Below are positions 10,096 through 20,595 of a DNA stretch of 64,000 nt, piece by piece. Where the stretch lies: the NCBI GenBank assembly GCA_963770835.1, contig CAVYRH010000004.1, positions 1-64,000 of the forward strand. Reading direction: 5' to 3'. A program made the translations under genes and the position numbers. A model generated the notes under the pieces. It searched no databases, was not told the origin of the DNA, and was given only the letters and a program-made list of their open reading frames with translations. The DNA comes from an uncultured Pseudomonadota bacterium (GTDB taxonomy: Bacteria > Oederibacteriota > Muellerivitia > Muellerivitales > Muellerivitaceae). Position 1 is the stretch's first letter. Each line of letters opens with the position of its first letter.

Positions 10096-11507
10096 ATGAC
10101 CGTTTCAGCCGATCTTTGGGATCGCTGCCTAGAAAACCTCAAAAAAGACCTAAATCGCCAAAGCTTTGAGACCTGGTTTAAGCCTACCAAAGCTTCCGTA
10201 GCCGAAAACAACACTCTCAAAGTCCAGGTTCCCAATGAATTCTTCCGGGATTGGATCCGGGACCATTACCAGCCCCAAATCCAAAAGGCCTTGAAAACTC
10301 TCCATCCGGAACAATTGGAAATCCAATTTGAAATAGATGCCTCGGTGCCCTCAAAGCCGAAACAACCCTTCGGCCATCATCAACCGATTCCACCGAGGCC
10401 AAGAGTTTCCGTGGAAGTTGTCGAAAAACCCCGATTGACCATGCCAACCCCCACCAAAGTTCTCCGGGCGATTCGGAATTCATCCTTAATACCAAATTTA
10501 ATTTCGAAAGTTTCGTCGTGGGAAATAGCAACCGTTTCGCCCATGCGGCCTGCCTAGCTGTAGCGGAATCTCCGGCCCGTTCCTACAACCCCTTGTTTAT
10601 TTATGGAGGGGTGGGGCTGGGAAAAACCCATTTGCTTCAGGCCATCGGCAATTTCGTGGTGGAACAGAATCCCAATATCAGGGTTCTTTACATTTCCTCT
10701 GAAAAATTCATGAACGATTTCATTCAAGCCATTCAATCGGGTCGCCAGCAAGATTTCCGCAACAAGTACCGCACCGTGGACGTGCTTTTGATCGACGATA
10801 TCCAATTTTGGGAAGGCAAGGAGGCCACCCAGGAAGAGTTCTTCCATACTTTTAATGTCCTTTACGAGGCCCAAAAACAGATCGTGGCCACCTCCGACAG
10901 CCATCCCAAGGAAATCAAGCTGGAGGAACGCTTGAAAAACCGCTTTGAAATGGGCCTCATCACCGATATCCAGGAACCGGATATGGAAACCCGAATCGCC
11001 ATCCTGCGCAAAAAAGCCGAAAGCGAGGGGATCCTGGTTCCCAATGAGGTGACGGCCTTCATCGCCAACCACGCCAAGGCCAATATCCGCGAATTGGAGG
11101 GTTCCATGTTGCGGGTGATCGCTTTTGCCTCCCTCACCCGCCAGGAAATCACCCTCGAAATGGTCAAGGAAGTCCTAAAGGATTCGCTTCCCAACGAGGA
11201 TCGGCGTATTTCCGTGGACGCCATCCAAAGGGTGGTGGCCGAGCGTTATAATTGCAAATTCTCCGACATGAAATCCAAAAAGCGCACCAAACAGATCGCC
11301 TTTCCCCGCCAAATCGCCATGTATCTTTCGCGGGAATTAACCGCCCATTCCCTGAGCGAGATCGGCGCGGCCTTCGGCGGAAAAGACCACACCACCATCA
11401 TTCACGCCTATGAGAAGATCGAGGAACTTCTAACCACCGACATCACTCTTTTGGCTGAAGTCAACAGCCTGAAGAAACAGCTCACCGAAGGCAATTACTC
11501 CGTCTAA
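10096..11507 (+). CDS. dnaA: Chromosomal replication initiator DnaA (frameshift near 10480-10520)
   Basis: Domain I ([18 protein letters not shown]), [25 protein letters not shown] and domain [10 protein letters not shown]...GGKDHTT; GGAGG RBS. Confidence 0.97.
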
Positions 11508-11915
11508 AATGCTTGTCGTCAAGTCAAAACCGTCCTTCTTCCTTTTCCAAAACCTTCTTTGAATACTTTATTTTGATCTTTATTCCATCCACTATCTCCA
11601 TCACAATGACTTTCCCACATATTCTGGATATGTGGATTAAACAATTCATTATAAACTTTTTTCCACAAAACTTTCCGGACAAAGGGTAAAGTAAGCGGGA
11701 ATAAGCCATGTGATAAGCCAAAAAAGTTGCGGGCTTGTGGATTTGCTCTATAATACCCCCAGTTTATTCCCAACTAAAAAAGCCGGTTTCATCTTGTTTT
11801 AAAAGCAAAAATGGAATTCTATCCACATATCCTCAATGCCTACTACTACTTCTCTCTTTTAAATTTAAAATCTTTAAAGTTACAGCTGTTAATCCGAATA
11901 AATGAGGAGTTTCAC
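11508..11915. other. oriC, part between dnaA and dnaN, with unwinding element (tandem DnaA boxes plus DnaA-trios)
   Basis: Several DnaA-box variants. CTATCCACA-TATCCTCA-ATGCC-TACTACTAC at 11819-11849 is followed by an AT-rich tract. Confidence 0.8.
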
Positions 11916-13034
11916 ATGAAAGTGGTATTGACCCGGGCAGATCTTTCAAAGGGAATATCAACCGTTCAAAGCGCGGTTGCTGCTAAAAACACAATGCCAA
12001 TTCTGGCAAATGTTCTATTGGAAGCCCGGGATAAAAAATTGGAATTTGTCGCTACGGATTTGGATATGGGGATTCGTTGTAGTGTTCCGGCGGAAGTGGT
12101 GGACAAGGGAAGCATCACTATCAACGCTAAAAAACTATCGGATATCGTCAGGGAATTGCCCGAAGCCTCGGTTGATTTGGAAATAGACGATAACCATAAA
12201 ATGATACTGGTTTGCCAAAAATCGAATTTTAAAATTCATGGTCTTCCAAAAGATGATTTTCCAATTTTGCCGGAAGTTAAAAAAGACAAGACTTTCAAGG
12301 TGAAGGGGTCTCTTATCCAGGAAATGATCCGTAAAACCATTTTTGCCGTCTCAACGGATGAAACCCGCTATGTCCTAAACGGTGTTTTTTTCCAAGCCGA
12401 GGGCGGAAAACTCAGGATGGTGGCCACCGATGGGCACCGCTTGGCCTTCATCCAGAAGAAAATGGAAGGGAAAGCCGACGAAAAATGCAGTGTCATCATT
12501 CCCACCAAAACCTTGAATGAGCTTTCCAAGGTTATTTCCGACGTGGGAAAGGGAAAAGAAGATGAGGTGATCGTGGAAATTACTGCCACGGAAAACCAAA
12601 TCAAATTCGTTGTAGACGGCGTCGAGATTGTTTCCCGGCTTATCGAGGGCCAATTTCCCAATTATGAGCAAGTCATTCCCAAGGAGTCGGACAAAAAACT
12701 GGAAGCTTCGACGGCGGATTTGGCCGCCGCCACGCGCCGGGTGGCCATCCTGACCTCGGAAAAATCCAACTCCATCCGCTATCAGGTCAAAAGCGGGAAA
12801 CTGACGATTTCCTCCAAAACACCGGATATGGGCGAGGCCAAGGAAGAAATGGACGTGAATTACAAGGGCGAGGAAATCAGCATCGCCTACAACGCTAAAT
12901 ACGTATTAGATGTCCTCAAAAACGTGGGGACGGAGGCCGTAAATATTGAATTAACCCAGCCCTTGAGCCCGGGCATTTTGCGGCCGAAAGGGGATACGGA
13001 TTATCTTTGTGTCATCATGCCGATGAGGGTGTAA
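11916..13034 (+). CDS. dnaN: DNA polymerase III beta sliding clamp
   Basis: MPILANVLL, VATDGHRLA, SRLIEGQFPNY and C-terminal VIMPMRV; GAGGAG RBS. Confidence 0.97.
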   Translation: MKVVLTRADLSKGISTVQSAVAAKNTMPILANVLLEARDKKLEFVATDLDMGIRCSVPAEVVDKGSITINAKKLSDIVRELPEASVDLEIDDNHKMILVCQKSNFKIHGLPKDDFPILPEVKKDKTFKVKGSLIQEMIRKTIFAVSTDETRYVLNGVFFQAEGGKLRMVATDGHRLAFIQKKMEGKADEKCSVIIPTKTLNELSKVISDVGKGKEDEVIVEITATENQIKFVVDGVEIVSRLIEGQFPNYEQVIPKESDKKLEASTADLAAATRRVAILTSEKSNSIRYQVKSGKLTISSKTPDMGEAKEEMDVNYKGEEISIAYNAKYVLDVLKNVGTEAVNIELTQPLSPGILRPKGDTDYLCVIMPMRV

Positions 13035-13044
13035 AATTAAAAAT

Positions 13045-13431
13045 ATGAAGAGAAAATGTTGGCCGTTTTTATTGATGCCGATTTTTTTGATGAGTTGCGC
13101 GGGGCCTCCGACCCTCCCGAAGAACACTACGACCGACACCTTGTCCATCTCCCTTCCCACTGGGGCGCCACCAGCCACGGGCACAGGAGCTTTTTACGAT
13201 TATTCCCAAACCACCACCAATTCGAACGGGGTCACAAGTATTTCCTCTTATATTTCGACGCCCATCAATTTCCCCGGCGGGCCCTGGACCTCTAACGATT
13301 ACACCCATGACTCCCTCGGTTTTGCCATCACCTTCACCAGTGGCCCCGTGACTTTTAATTACCAACTGGATAACAATACCGGCACCGCCATTGCCAACCC
13401 TGCCTACACGAGCGGCCGGTTCAGCTTTTAA
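13045..13431 (+). CDS. Hypothetical lipoprotein (Thr/Ser-rich)
   Basis: Lipobox-like N-terminus MKRKCWPFLLMPIFLMSC; followed by a terminator. Confidence 0.6.
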   Translation: MKRKCWPFLLMPIFLMSCAGPPTLPKNTTTDTLSISLPTGAPPATGTGAFYDYSQTTTNSNGVTSISSYISTPINFPGGPWTSNDYTHDSLGFAITFTSGPVTFNYQLDNNTGTAIANPAYTSGRFSF

Positions 13432-13451
13432 GTTTTAAGCGGTTTCTTAAA

Positions 13452-13492
13452 AAACAAAAAAGGCCCGGAAATTTTCCGGGCCTTTTTTGTTT
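13452..13492. terminator. Bidirectional intrinsic terminator
   Basis: AAAAAAGGCCCGGAAA-TTTTCCGGGCCTTTTTT between convergent genes. Confidence 0.85.
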
Positions 13493-13512
13493 CGGAATGA
13501 AACCGGTTAATA

Positions 13513-13698
13513 TTAGTCCTGATACCCTGTTGGAACTTTTTCCTGATCCAGGCTTTTGGCGGTGATGACCGCCAAATGGAAGATGCAATCCGGACAGTAG
13601 TAGAGATGCCGCTCGATCATGCCTTTTTCAGGGTGTTTCAACCGGTGTTCCCGGTAATCCGCTAGCTTTTGACGAACATCCTCGCATCTTATTTCCAT
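13513..13698 (-). CDS. Stand-alone zf-HC2 (anti-sigma zinc finger) small protein
   Basis: CEDVRQKLADY...IERHLYYCPDC (C...HxxxCxxC); GGAGG RBS. Confidence 0.75.
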   Translation of the reverse strand: MEIRCEDVRQKLADYREHRLKHPEKGMIERHLYYCPDCIFHLAVITAKSLDQEKVPTGYQD

Positions 13699-13747
13699 GA
13701 CCCACCTCCGTTTCTCCTATTGGAAAAACGCGACCCATCCATTAAAA

Positions 13748-13764
13748 GTGCAGAGTCCGTGCCA
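13748..13764 (-). promoter_or_regulatory. Putative sigma-54 (-24/-12) promoter
   Basis: TGGCACGGACTCTGCA (GG-N10-GC) about 50 nt upstream of the zf-HC2 gene. Confidence 0.6.
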
Positions 13765-13951
13765 ATTGACATTAAGGGCCGGTAATATTCAACCTAGGAA
13801 CATTAAAGCGATTTTTTCAACCATTTACCCTTTTTCAATGCTTTTGCGGGTTATTCGGTGCGTTTTGAAGAAAGCGGATAAAAAGAAAGAGGAATTTTCC
13901 GTAAGAGATTCCACTAAAAGCGTTGGAGTTCTGCCATTCCAAACGGTTTTT

Positions 13952-16609
13952 TTAATGAATGACCGAAATTTTTAAAATTTGCCGGCCGGAAAGGCCTCCG
14001 CTGGCGTTCAACTTCTCCACCACCGCCAGGTAGAGGCCGCTGGCCATACCCGAGGCGTTCCAAAAAGCCTGTCCTGTTTCCGAATCCCCTTGGAAGGAAG
14101 CGGCCAATTCCCCCGTAATCGTAAAGACCTTCACCCTCAAAGTCAGCCCCTGGCCGGAAGGGCCTATGAAGGAAACCCGCTTTTGCCCGATGGAAGTATT
14201 CAAAAGATTAGGTTCTGCGATGACAGTCGCTTCCTCTCTTGCTCCCCCACCCACCACCAGGACGGTTTTAGAAATGTCACTACTTGCGCCTTGTCCTCCG
14301 TCCCAATGCACGGAAAGCAGATAATGTCCGGAAGTCACGTAACCTCCCTGATCGTCAGTGCCGTCCCAGGACAAGGTAACGGCCGAGGCGGAAGATTGGA
14401 TAAGGATTTGGATTTGGTTGGGAGTTCCTGGGGTTCCCGCCGCGCCGGGTTCCAACACTCCCCCACTCAAGGTTACGTTGGTCATGCCGGCGCTGGAGGC
14501 GTCATCTACCCAGGCCGTCAAATGCCTCACCACCTCTCCCGCCTCGTTATAAACCGCCGCCGAAACCTGGGCCAAGTTTCGGCTGACCACCGCCTCCTGG
14601 GTCACGGTAGTCGCGACCCCCTCTGAGTCCACGCTTAAGACCTGGATGTGATAAACACCGTTGGAAACGGGTTCGCCCGAAGAATCGGTGCCGTCCCACA
14701 TCCCCAGCAAGGACCCCTGGCAGTAGAGCAGGATTTGGCTTCCCACGCCCGCCAAGCGGGTGATTTCGCGGCCCTGGAGGGAAAGGCTGTTTACGGCTTG
14801 GGAAAGTTGCAGTATTTGCAGGCTTTTGATGAGCTCCCCGGCTTCGTTATAAACCCCCACTTTGACGGTGTAAGACCCCGTGACCTGGACGGTCGTGCTG
14901 GAAGTAAGGGGATTGGCCAGGCTTGGAAAGGTTAATTCGGCGCCGTTGACCACCGGCGTGCCCGCCGGCGCCAGAAGGTTGACCTTGGTTTGATAGGCCA
15001 GGGAGTAGGCGCCGGGGGCCAGGCTCGCAGGAAGGGTCCAGGTCAATAGGGAATCGGTGGTGTTAAAGGCGGCAGTACCCGCGCCCACTGCTCCCAAACC
15101 AGCGAAGGCCACATTGGCGGGAAGGGTGTCGGTGACCGTCACGCCCGCGAAGTCCCCCGCCGCGACCGTGACGGCCAGGGTATAGGTCAGGGTCGTTCCG
15201 CCCTGGGCCGTGGCCGGAGAAACCTGTTTGGCCAAGACGATTCCCCAGGTCGGCGTGGGGGAAGGGGTGGAAGTCGCCGTCAAGGTTGGGGTCGAGGATG
15301 GCGTGAAGGTGGCCGTTGGCGTGGCGGTGGAAGTCGGCGTGAAGCTGGGGGTGACGGTTGGGGTCGGTGTAAAGGTTTGTGTAGGGGTGGGAGTTGAAGT
15401 GAGGGTGGACGTGGGGGTTCGGGTCGGGGTCAAAGTCGGCGTCGAAGTGGGGGTAGAGGTCGGCGTTAAGGTCGGGGTGGGCGTCACGGGGCAAAGCCCT
15501 CCGGCGATTTCCTGCACTAGGTTGTAGTCGTAATCCACCATATAAAGATTCCCGAAGCGGTCATAGACGAGGGATTCGGGGTGGGAAATATTGGTGGCCA
15601 GAACCCCGGTGCCGCTGGTGGAACAGCCTGAAGTTCCGGTTCCAATGACGGTGCTGACAATACCCGTGGTTCTATCCACCATGCGCACCCGGTTGTTAAT
15701 GTCGTCGGTGAAGATCATATTGCCGTTGCAGGTGAAGGTGACGCTGCCCAGGTCGTCGTTGACTTGCGCCAGTGTGGCGGGCCCGCCGTCTCCGGAGTAA
15801 CCGGGCGTGCCGGTTCCCCCCACAGTGGAGATGACATCGGTGCCTGCGGCCACCTTCCGGTAAACAGCGTTCAAGCAGTCGCCGATGAAAAGGTTGCCTT
15901 GGGCGTCGTAGGCGATAGCCTCAGGTTGGTTCATTTCAGCCAGTGTGGCGGGCCCGCCGTCGCCCGTGTAGCCGGCGGTGCCGTCCCCGGCCAGGGTGGT
16001 GATGAGGCCGGTGGCGATGTTGATTCGCCGCACCGTGGAGTTGCCCGCGTCGCTAAGGATGAGGTTTTGGCCCGTGGGGTCGAGGCGCACGATGTTGGGG
16101 TTGTCCAGCTCGGCCAATGTGGCGGGCCCGCCGTCGCCCGAATAGCCCGCGGTCCAGTTGCCGGCGAAAGTGCTGATAATACCCGTGGTCCCGTCTACCT
16201 TGCGGATAACGGCATCGTAGAAATCCGCGATGTACATATTGTTGCTGGAATCGAAGGCTAGGGCCGAAGGAAAGAAAAGAGTGGCCAGTGTGGCGGGGCC
16301 GCCATCCCCGGCGCCGGGATTGCCGTTGGGGTTATAAATGCCAGCGTAGGTGGTGATGATTCCGGTGTTGATGTTTACCGTCCGCACGGTGTTGCTGCAG
16401 GCGTCGCCGATGTAATAGTTCCCGTGTGAATCGAAGGCGATGTCGTCGGGACAGTCCAGGCCCGCCAGGCTAGCGGGCCCGCCGTCGCCGTAATAGCCGG
16501 GCGCCGAGCAGATGCCCACCAATGTCGTAATAGTCTGTCCCATGGCCGGCAAGGCGGCAAGACCGGTTAATAGGGTCAGAAAAATGAAAATTTTGGAAGA
16601 AAAGCGCAT
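13952..16609 (-). CDS. Secreted or surface protein: NHL-repeat propeller, Thr/Pro linker, DUF11-like Ig domain, FlgD-Ig-like C-terminal modules
   Basis: Signal peptide; repeated [12 protein letters not shown] units; an (xTPT)n linker; KQVSPATA...TLTYTL...[15 protein letters not shown]...WDGTD...GxY twice; terminal [11 protein letters not shown]. Confidence 0.8.
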   Translation of the reverse strand: MRFSSKIFIFLTLLTGLAALPAMGQTITTLVGICSAPGYYGDGGPASLAGLDCPDDIAFDSHGNYYIGDACSNTVRTVNINTGIITTYAGIYNPNGNPGAGDGGPATLATLFFPSALAFDSSNNMYIADFYDAVIRKVDGTTGIISTFAGNWTAGYSGDGGPATLAELDNPNIVRLDPTGQNLILSDAGNSTVRRINIATGLITTLAGDGTAGYTGDGGPATLAEMNQPEAIAYDAQGNLFIGDCLNAVYRKVAAGTDVISTVGGTGTPGYSGDGGPATLAQVNDDLGSVTFTCNGNMIFTDDINNRVRMVDRTTGIVSTVIGTGTSGCSTSGTGVLATNISHPESLVYDRFGNLYMVDYDYNLVQEIAGGLCPVTPTPTLTPTSTPTSTPTLTPTRTPTSTLTSTPTPTQTFTPTPTVTPSFTPTSTATPTATFTPSSTPTLTATSTPSPTPTWGIVLAKQVSPATAQGGTTLTYTLAVTVAAGDFAGVTVTDTLPANVAFAGLGAVGAGTAAFNTTDSLLTWTLPASLAPGAYSLAYQTKVNLLAPAGTPVVNGAELTFPSLANPLTSSTTVQVTGSYTVKVGVYNEAGELIKSLQILQLSQAVNSLSLQGREITRLAGVGSQILLYCQGSLLGMWDGTDSSGEPVSNGVYHIQVLSVDSEGVATTVTQEAVVSRNLAQVSAAVYNEAGEVVRHLTAWVDDASSAGMTNVTLSGGVLEPGAAGTPGTPNQIQILIQSSASAVTLSWDGTDDQGGYVTSGHYLLSVHWDGGQGASSDISKTVLVVGGGAREEATVIAEPNLLNTSIGQKRVSFIGPSGQGLTLRVKVFTITGELAASFQGDSETGQAFWNASGMASGLYLAVVEKLNASGGLSGRQILKISVIH

Positions 16610-16751
16610 GGAGTAACTCCGGTTGCCATAAACGGTTTCACCTTCTAGACGGCCAGGCAGGGTTTTAATCCAGAAAGCCTCCCGTTTAAAACGGCTTCAA
16701 TATTGGCTTTCCCCCATTTCCAGCCCTTGTGCTCAAGCCTATAATCTCCCC

Positions 16752-19700
16752 ATGGCTTTTAAGACTTCCGTACCCCCCACCCTTTCCCAGCTTCTCCAAA
16801 GTTTAAGGTCCCGCGAGGACCTGAAGGACCGCATCAAGCACGTGGAAAGGATCATGGCGAACCCCGCACGCTTCCACGCCTATCCCAAGACCCTCTCGAA
16901 GGACCTGGCCAAGGTGCTGGAAAAGTCCGGTTATGAGGCCCTCTGGACCCACCAGGCCCACGCCGTGGAGGCCCTGCACCATGGGGCAGCCATGTGGCGG
17001 TGACCACCCCCACCGCTTCCGGTAAGACCCTTTGCTTCAACCTGCCCGTCATGCAGTCGGTAATGGGAAACCCCAAAAGCCGGGCCCTTTATCTTTACCC
17101 CATGAAAGCCCTGGCCCAGGACCAGCTGAAGACCCTGCAGGAATGGATGGGGCGTTTGAAGGCCGCCAAGCTTCCGGTCTTCTCCGCCGAAATCTACGAC
17201 GGCGACACGGCCACGGGGGTGCGCGCCAAGATCAAGAAGAACCCGCCCAACATCCTCTTGACCAACCCGGACATGCTGCATCTGGGGATATTGGCTTACC
17301 ACGACGGCTGGGCGGAATTCTTCAAGAACCTGAAATACGTGGTGGTGGATGAGGCCCATAGCTACCGGGGCATTTTCGGCTCCCACGTGGCCCACGTGCT
17401 GCGGCGGCTTCGGCGCATCTGCCGCTATTACGGTTCCGACCCGCAGTTCATCACCTGCTCGGCCACGCTGGGAAACCCCGACGAATTCCTCACCCAATTG
17501 ACGGGGCTCAATTTCGAGATCATTTCCGAAACCGGCGCCCCGCAAAACGAAAAGACCTTCGTGCTGTGGAACCCGGACACTACTTCGCCCTATACCGAAG
17601 CCGTGACGCTTTTGATCGAATGCCTGAAGGCGGGCATGAAGACCATCGTCTTCACCAAGGCCCGGAAGATCACCGAACTCATCAGCCTCTGGGTCACCCA
17701 GGCCCGGCCCGAATGGGCCAGCCAGATCAAGAGCTACCGGGCCGGGTACCTGCCCGAGGAAAGGCGCGAGATCGAAGCCAAGCTTTTCAAGGACGAGCTC
17801 AAGGCCGTCATTTCCACCTCGGCTCTGGAGGTGGGCATCGACGTGGGGGGCCTGGACGCCTGCATCCTGGTGGGCTACCCGGGCACCATGATCTCCACCT
17901 GGCAGCGCTCGGGCCGGGTGGGCCGGGGCGAGGCGCCTTCGGTGGTCTTCCTCGTGGCCATGGCCGACGCCATGGACCAGTATTGGATGAAGCACCCGGC
18001 GAAGTTTTTCACCATGAAACCCGAGTCCCTCATGGTGGGTTTCGAGAACGAGAACATCGCCAAGGCGCACCTTCGCTGCGCGGCCTCCGAAATCCCCTTG
18101 ACCTCCGCCGACAAGGTCTTTTACGGGAAACTCCTGGAGGAACTCCTGCCTCCCATGGTGAAAGAAGGCGCGGTGCTGGAATCGGCCAGCGGGGAAAAGT
18201 GGCTGGTGACGGACAAAAACCCCCAGCGGGGCATTACCATCCGCGACATGGGCGAGGGCTACCAGATCATCACGCAGGAAACGGGGGAATTGATCGGCAC
18301 CATCGACGGCATGCGGGCCTTCCGGGACTGCCACCCAGGGGCGGTCTACCTGCACCAGGGCGTGCAATACGTGGTCAAGGAATTCCAATGGGAACAGCAC
18401 AAGATTTTGGTTTCGGACGAGCCGGTGGATTACTACACCCAGGTCAATTACGAGGAAGAGACGGAGATACTGGAGGAGATGAAAAGGCGTCCCTTGGGCG
18501 ATGGAAAATCCCAATGCACCATCAAATGGGGAAAGGTGAAAATCACCCAGCGCTTCATCAATTATGAGGTTCACCGCATCGTGGACCGGTCGCTGGTTTC
18601 CACCTATCCCCTCACCCTGCCCCCCTTGACCTTTGAGACCCGGTCCCTTTGGATGATTTTGCCCGACTGGCTCCAGCGCAACCTCTCCGACCGGAAGCTC
18701 CATTTCATGGGGGGCCTGCACGCGGCCGAGCACGGCACCATCGCCATGATGCCCCTGCATGTGGTTTGCGACCGGTGGGACCTGGGCGGTATCTCGACCC
18801 CCGCCCATCCCCAGGTGCCCCAGCCCGTCATCTTCATCTACGATGGCTATCCGGGCGGCGTGGGCTTGTCCGAGCGGGCTTACGAGACCATGGAGGACCT
18901 TTTGACCACCACCTTTGAGATGATCCGCGACTGCGAATGCGAGGAAGGCTGCCCCACTTGTGTGCAAAGCCCGAAATGCGGCAGCGGCAACCATCCCTTG
19001 GACAAGAGGGGAGCCCTCCTAATCCTGGGCCACATCCTCGGCCGGGAGGACTTTAAGGCCGTTACCTTTTCCGCGAAGAAGAAAATTTTTTCAGATGAGG
19101 AACCCCTTTTGCCGATGGGAGAAGAAAAATCCCTGCCTCCTTCCGCCCCGCCTTTGCCGTTAACTCAAATTTCAAAATTCATAATTCAAAATTTGGGTGC
19201 CCCTCCCGATAAGACCGGTCCGGTGGTCTTCGACATTGAGACCCAGTTCCTGGCGGGCGAAATTTCCGGCGGTTGGTCGAACCTGAAAGGGATGAAGCTC
19301 TCCTGCGCGGTGGTTTACGACGTGACCCAGGACAAGTACTACACCTACGTGGAGGAAAACGTGGGGGACTTGATCGCCCACCTGAAGGCTTCCACCCGGG
19401 TCATCGGCTTTAACACCCTGCGCTTCGATTACGGCGTGCTGCAGGGCTACACGTCCTTTAATTTGCAGGACTTGCCCTCACTGGACCTCATGGCTGATTT
19501 ACAGAAGAAACTCAACCACCGACTCTCCCTGGCCCACCTGGCGGAACATACCCTGGGCGGCGCGGAAAAAAGCGCGGACGGATTATTGGCGGTCCAATGG
19601 TGGCGCGAGGGGAAGTACCAGATGGTCATCGATTATTGCCGGCAAGACGTGAAACTGACCAACGACCTCTGGAAATTCGGGCAGGATAAGAAATATGTAC

Positions 19701-19753
19701 TTTTCAAGCACAAACAATCGGGAGAGATCGTGAAATGCCCGGTCAGTTGGTAA
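16752..19753 (+). CDS. DEAD/DEAH helicase with DUF1998 (MrfA/YprA/Hrq1-like) fused to a C-terminal RNase H-like exonuclease; frameshift near 16995
   Basis: TPTASGKT, DEAH, TSALEVGIDVG and QRSGRVGR helicase motifs; CECEEGCPTC...KCG zinc motif; C-terminal VFDIET...GFN...YCRQDV. Confidence 0.9.
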
Positions 19754-19809
19754 GGACCGCCGGGTTTGGTAATATGTAAGTTAATCAGAAGTTAAAAGGA
19801 CATGCTTAT

Positions 19810-20586
19810 ATGAATAACCCCGAAATCACCCAAATCATCAAGGAACTTTCCTCGCCCATGGCCGAAAGGCGGGAGCAAACCCTTACCACTCTCGTGACCC
19901 GCCGCGAGGAAGCCGTCCCGGAACTCCTCAAGATTTTGGAGCAGGTAAAAAACGTGCCCGTGGGAGCTCCGGTGGCGCTCACCGACTGGTCGTGGTTTTT
20001 GGCCGTCTATCTCTTGGCCCAGTTTCGCGAGAAGAAGGCCTTGCCCATTCTTTTGGAACAGTTCACCCTGCCGCCCGAGCACGTGGACCGGCTCTTCAAG
20101 GATATCCTGGTCGAGGACCTGCCACGAATCCTCGCCACCCTTTGCAGCGATGACCCCGCGCCCTTGAGGGCCCTGACGGAAAACGAAAAAGTCCACGACG
20201 CAGTACGCGCCTCGGCCCTGTGGGGCTATACCATCCTGGCCTCGGTGGGTGCCGTGTCCCTACCGGAAATCACGGCCTATTACGGGGAGCTTTTCGCCGG
20301 TAAGTTGTCCCGCCGCCCGTCCTACGCCTGGACCTCGCTGGTGGCTGGCTGCGCGGCCCTGCACGCGAAAAACCTGAAACGGGAAATCCTCCGGGCCTAC
20401 GAGGAGGCGCTTCTGGACGCCTCCGCCTATTCCATGAAGGAAGTGCTGAAAGAGTGGAGCCTGACACAGGAGGAAAGCCTCAAGCGCCTGGCGGAAGAAA
20501 GCGGGGGACTGATCAAAGACGTTTGGGAAGAATTGGAGTTTTGGCCTTGGGAGGAAGAGGCAGGCCGGGAAACTTCCGAAGAATAA
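19810..20586 (+). CDS. DUF1186-like helical protein
   Basis: AVYLLAQFREKKALP, LFKDILVEDLPRILAT and VRASAL motifs. Confidence 0.7.
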   Translation: MNNPEITQIIKELSSPMAERREQTLTTLVTRREEAVPELLKILEQVKNVPVGAPVALTDWSWFLAVYLLAQFREKKALPILLEQFTLPPEHVDRLFKDILVEDLPRILATLCSDDPAPLRALTENEKVHDAVRASALWGYTILASVGAVSLPEITAYYGELFAGKLSRRPSYAWTSLVAGCAALHAKNLKREILRAYEEALLDASAYSMKEVLKEWSLTQEESLKRLAEESGGLIKDVWEELEFWPWEEEAGRETSEE

Positions 20587-20595
20587 TTCCTAAAA

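Noticed and set aside
10440..10560. Programmed frameshift in dnaA
   Set aside because: No clear slippery site with a stimulatory structure, and neighbouring genes show similar indels, which points to assembly error.
15250..15490. Tandem GGGGT/GTCGG repeats as a non-coding array
   Set aside because: Fully explained by the Thr-Pro linker codons of the 885-aa surface protein.
16931..18994. Long antisense ORFs (also 25950-27269, 28720-30009, 30025-31218, 31721-32965, 36283-37254)
   Set aside because: These are shadow frames of high-GC genes on the opposite strand and show no recognisable motifs.
16752..20586. DISARM or Druantia defence system
   Set aside because: A DUF1998 helicase is present, but there is no methylase, PLD nuclease or other defence partner nearby.
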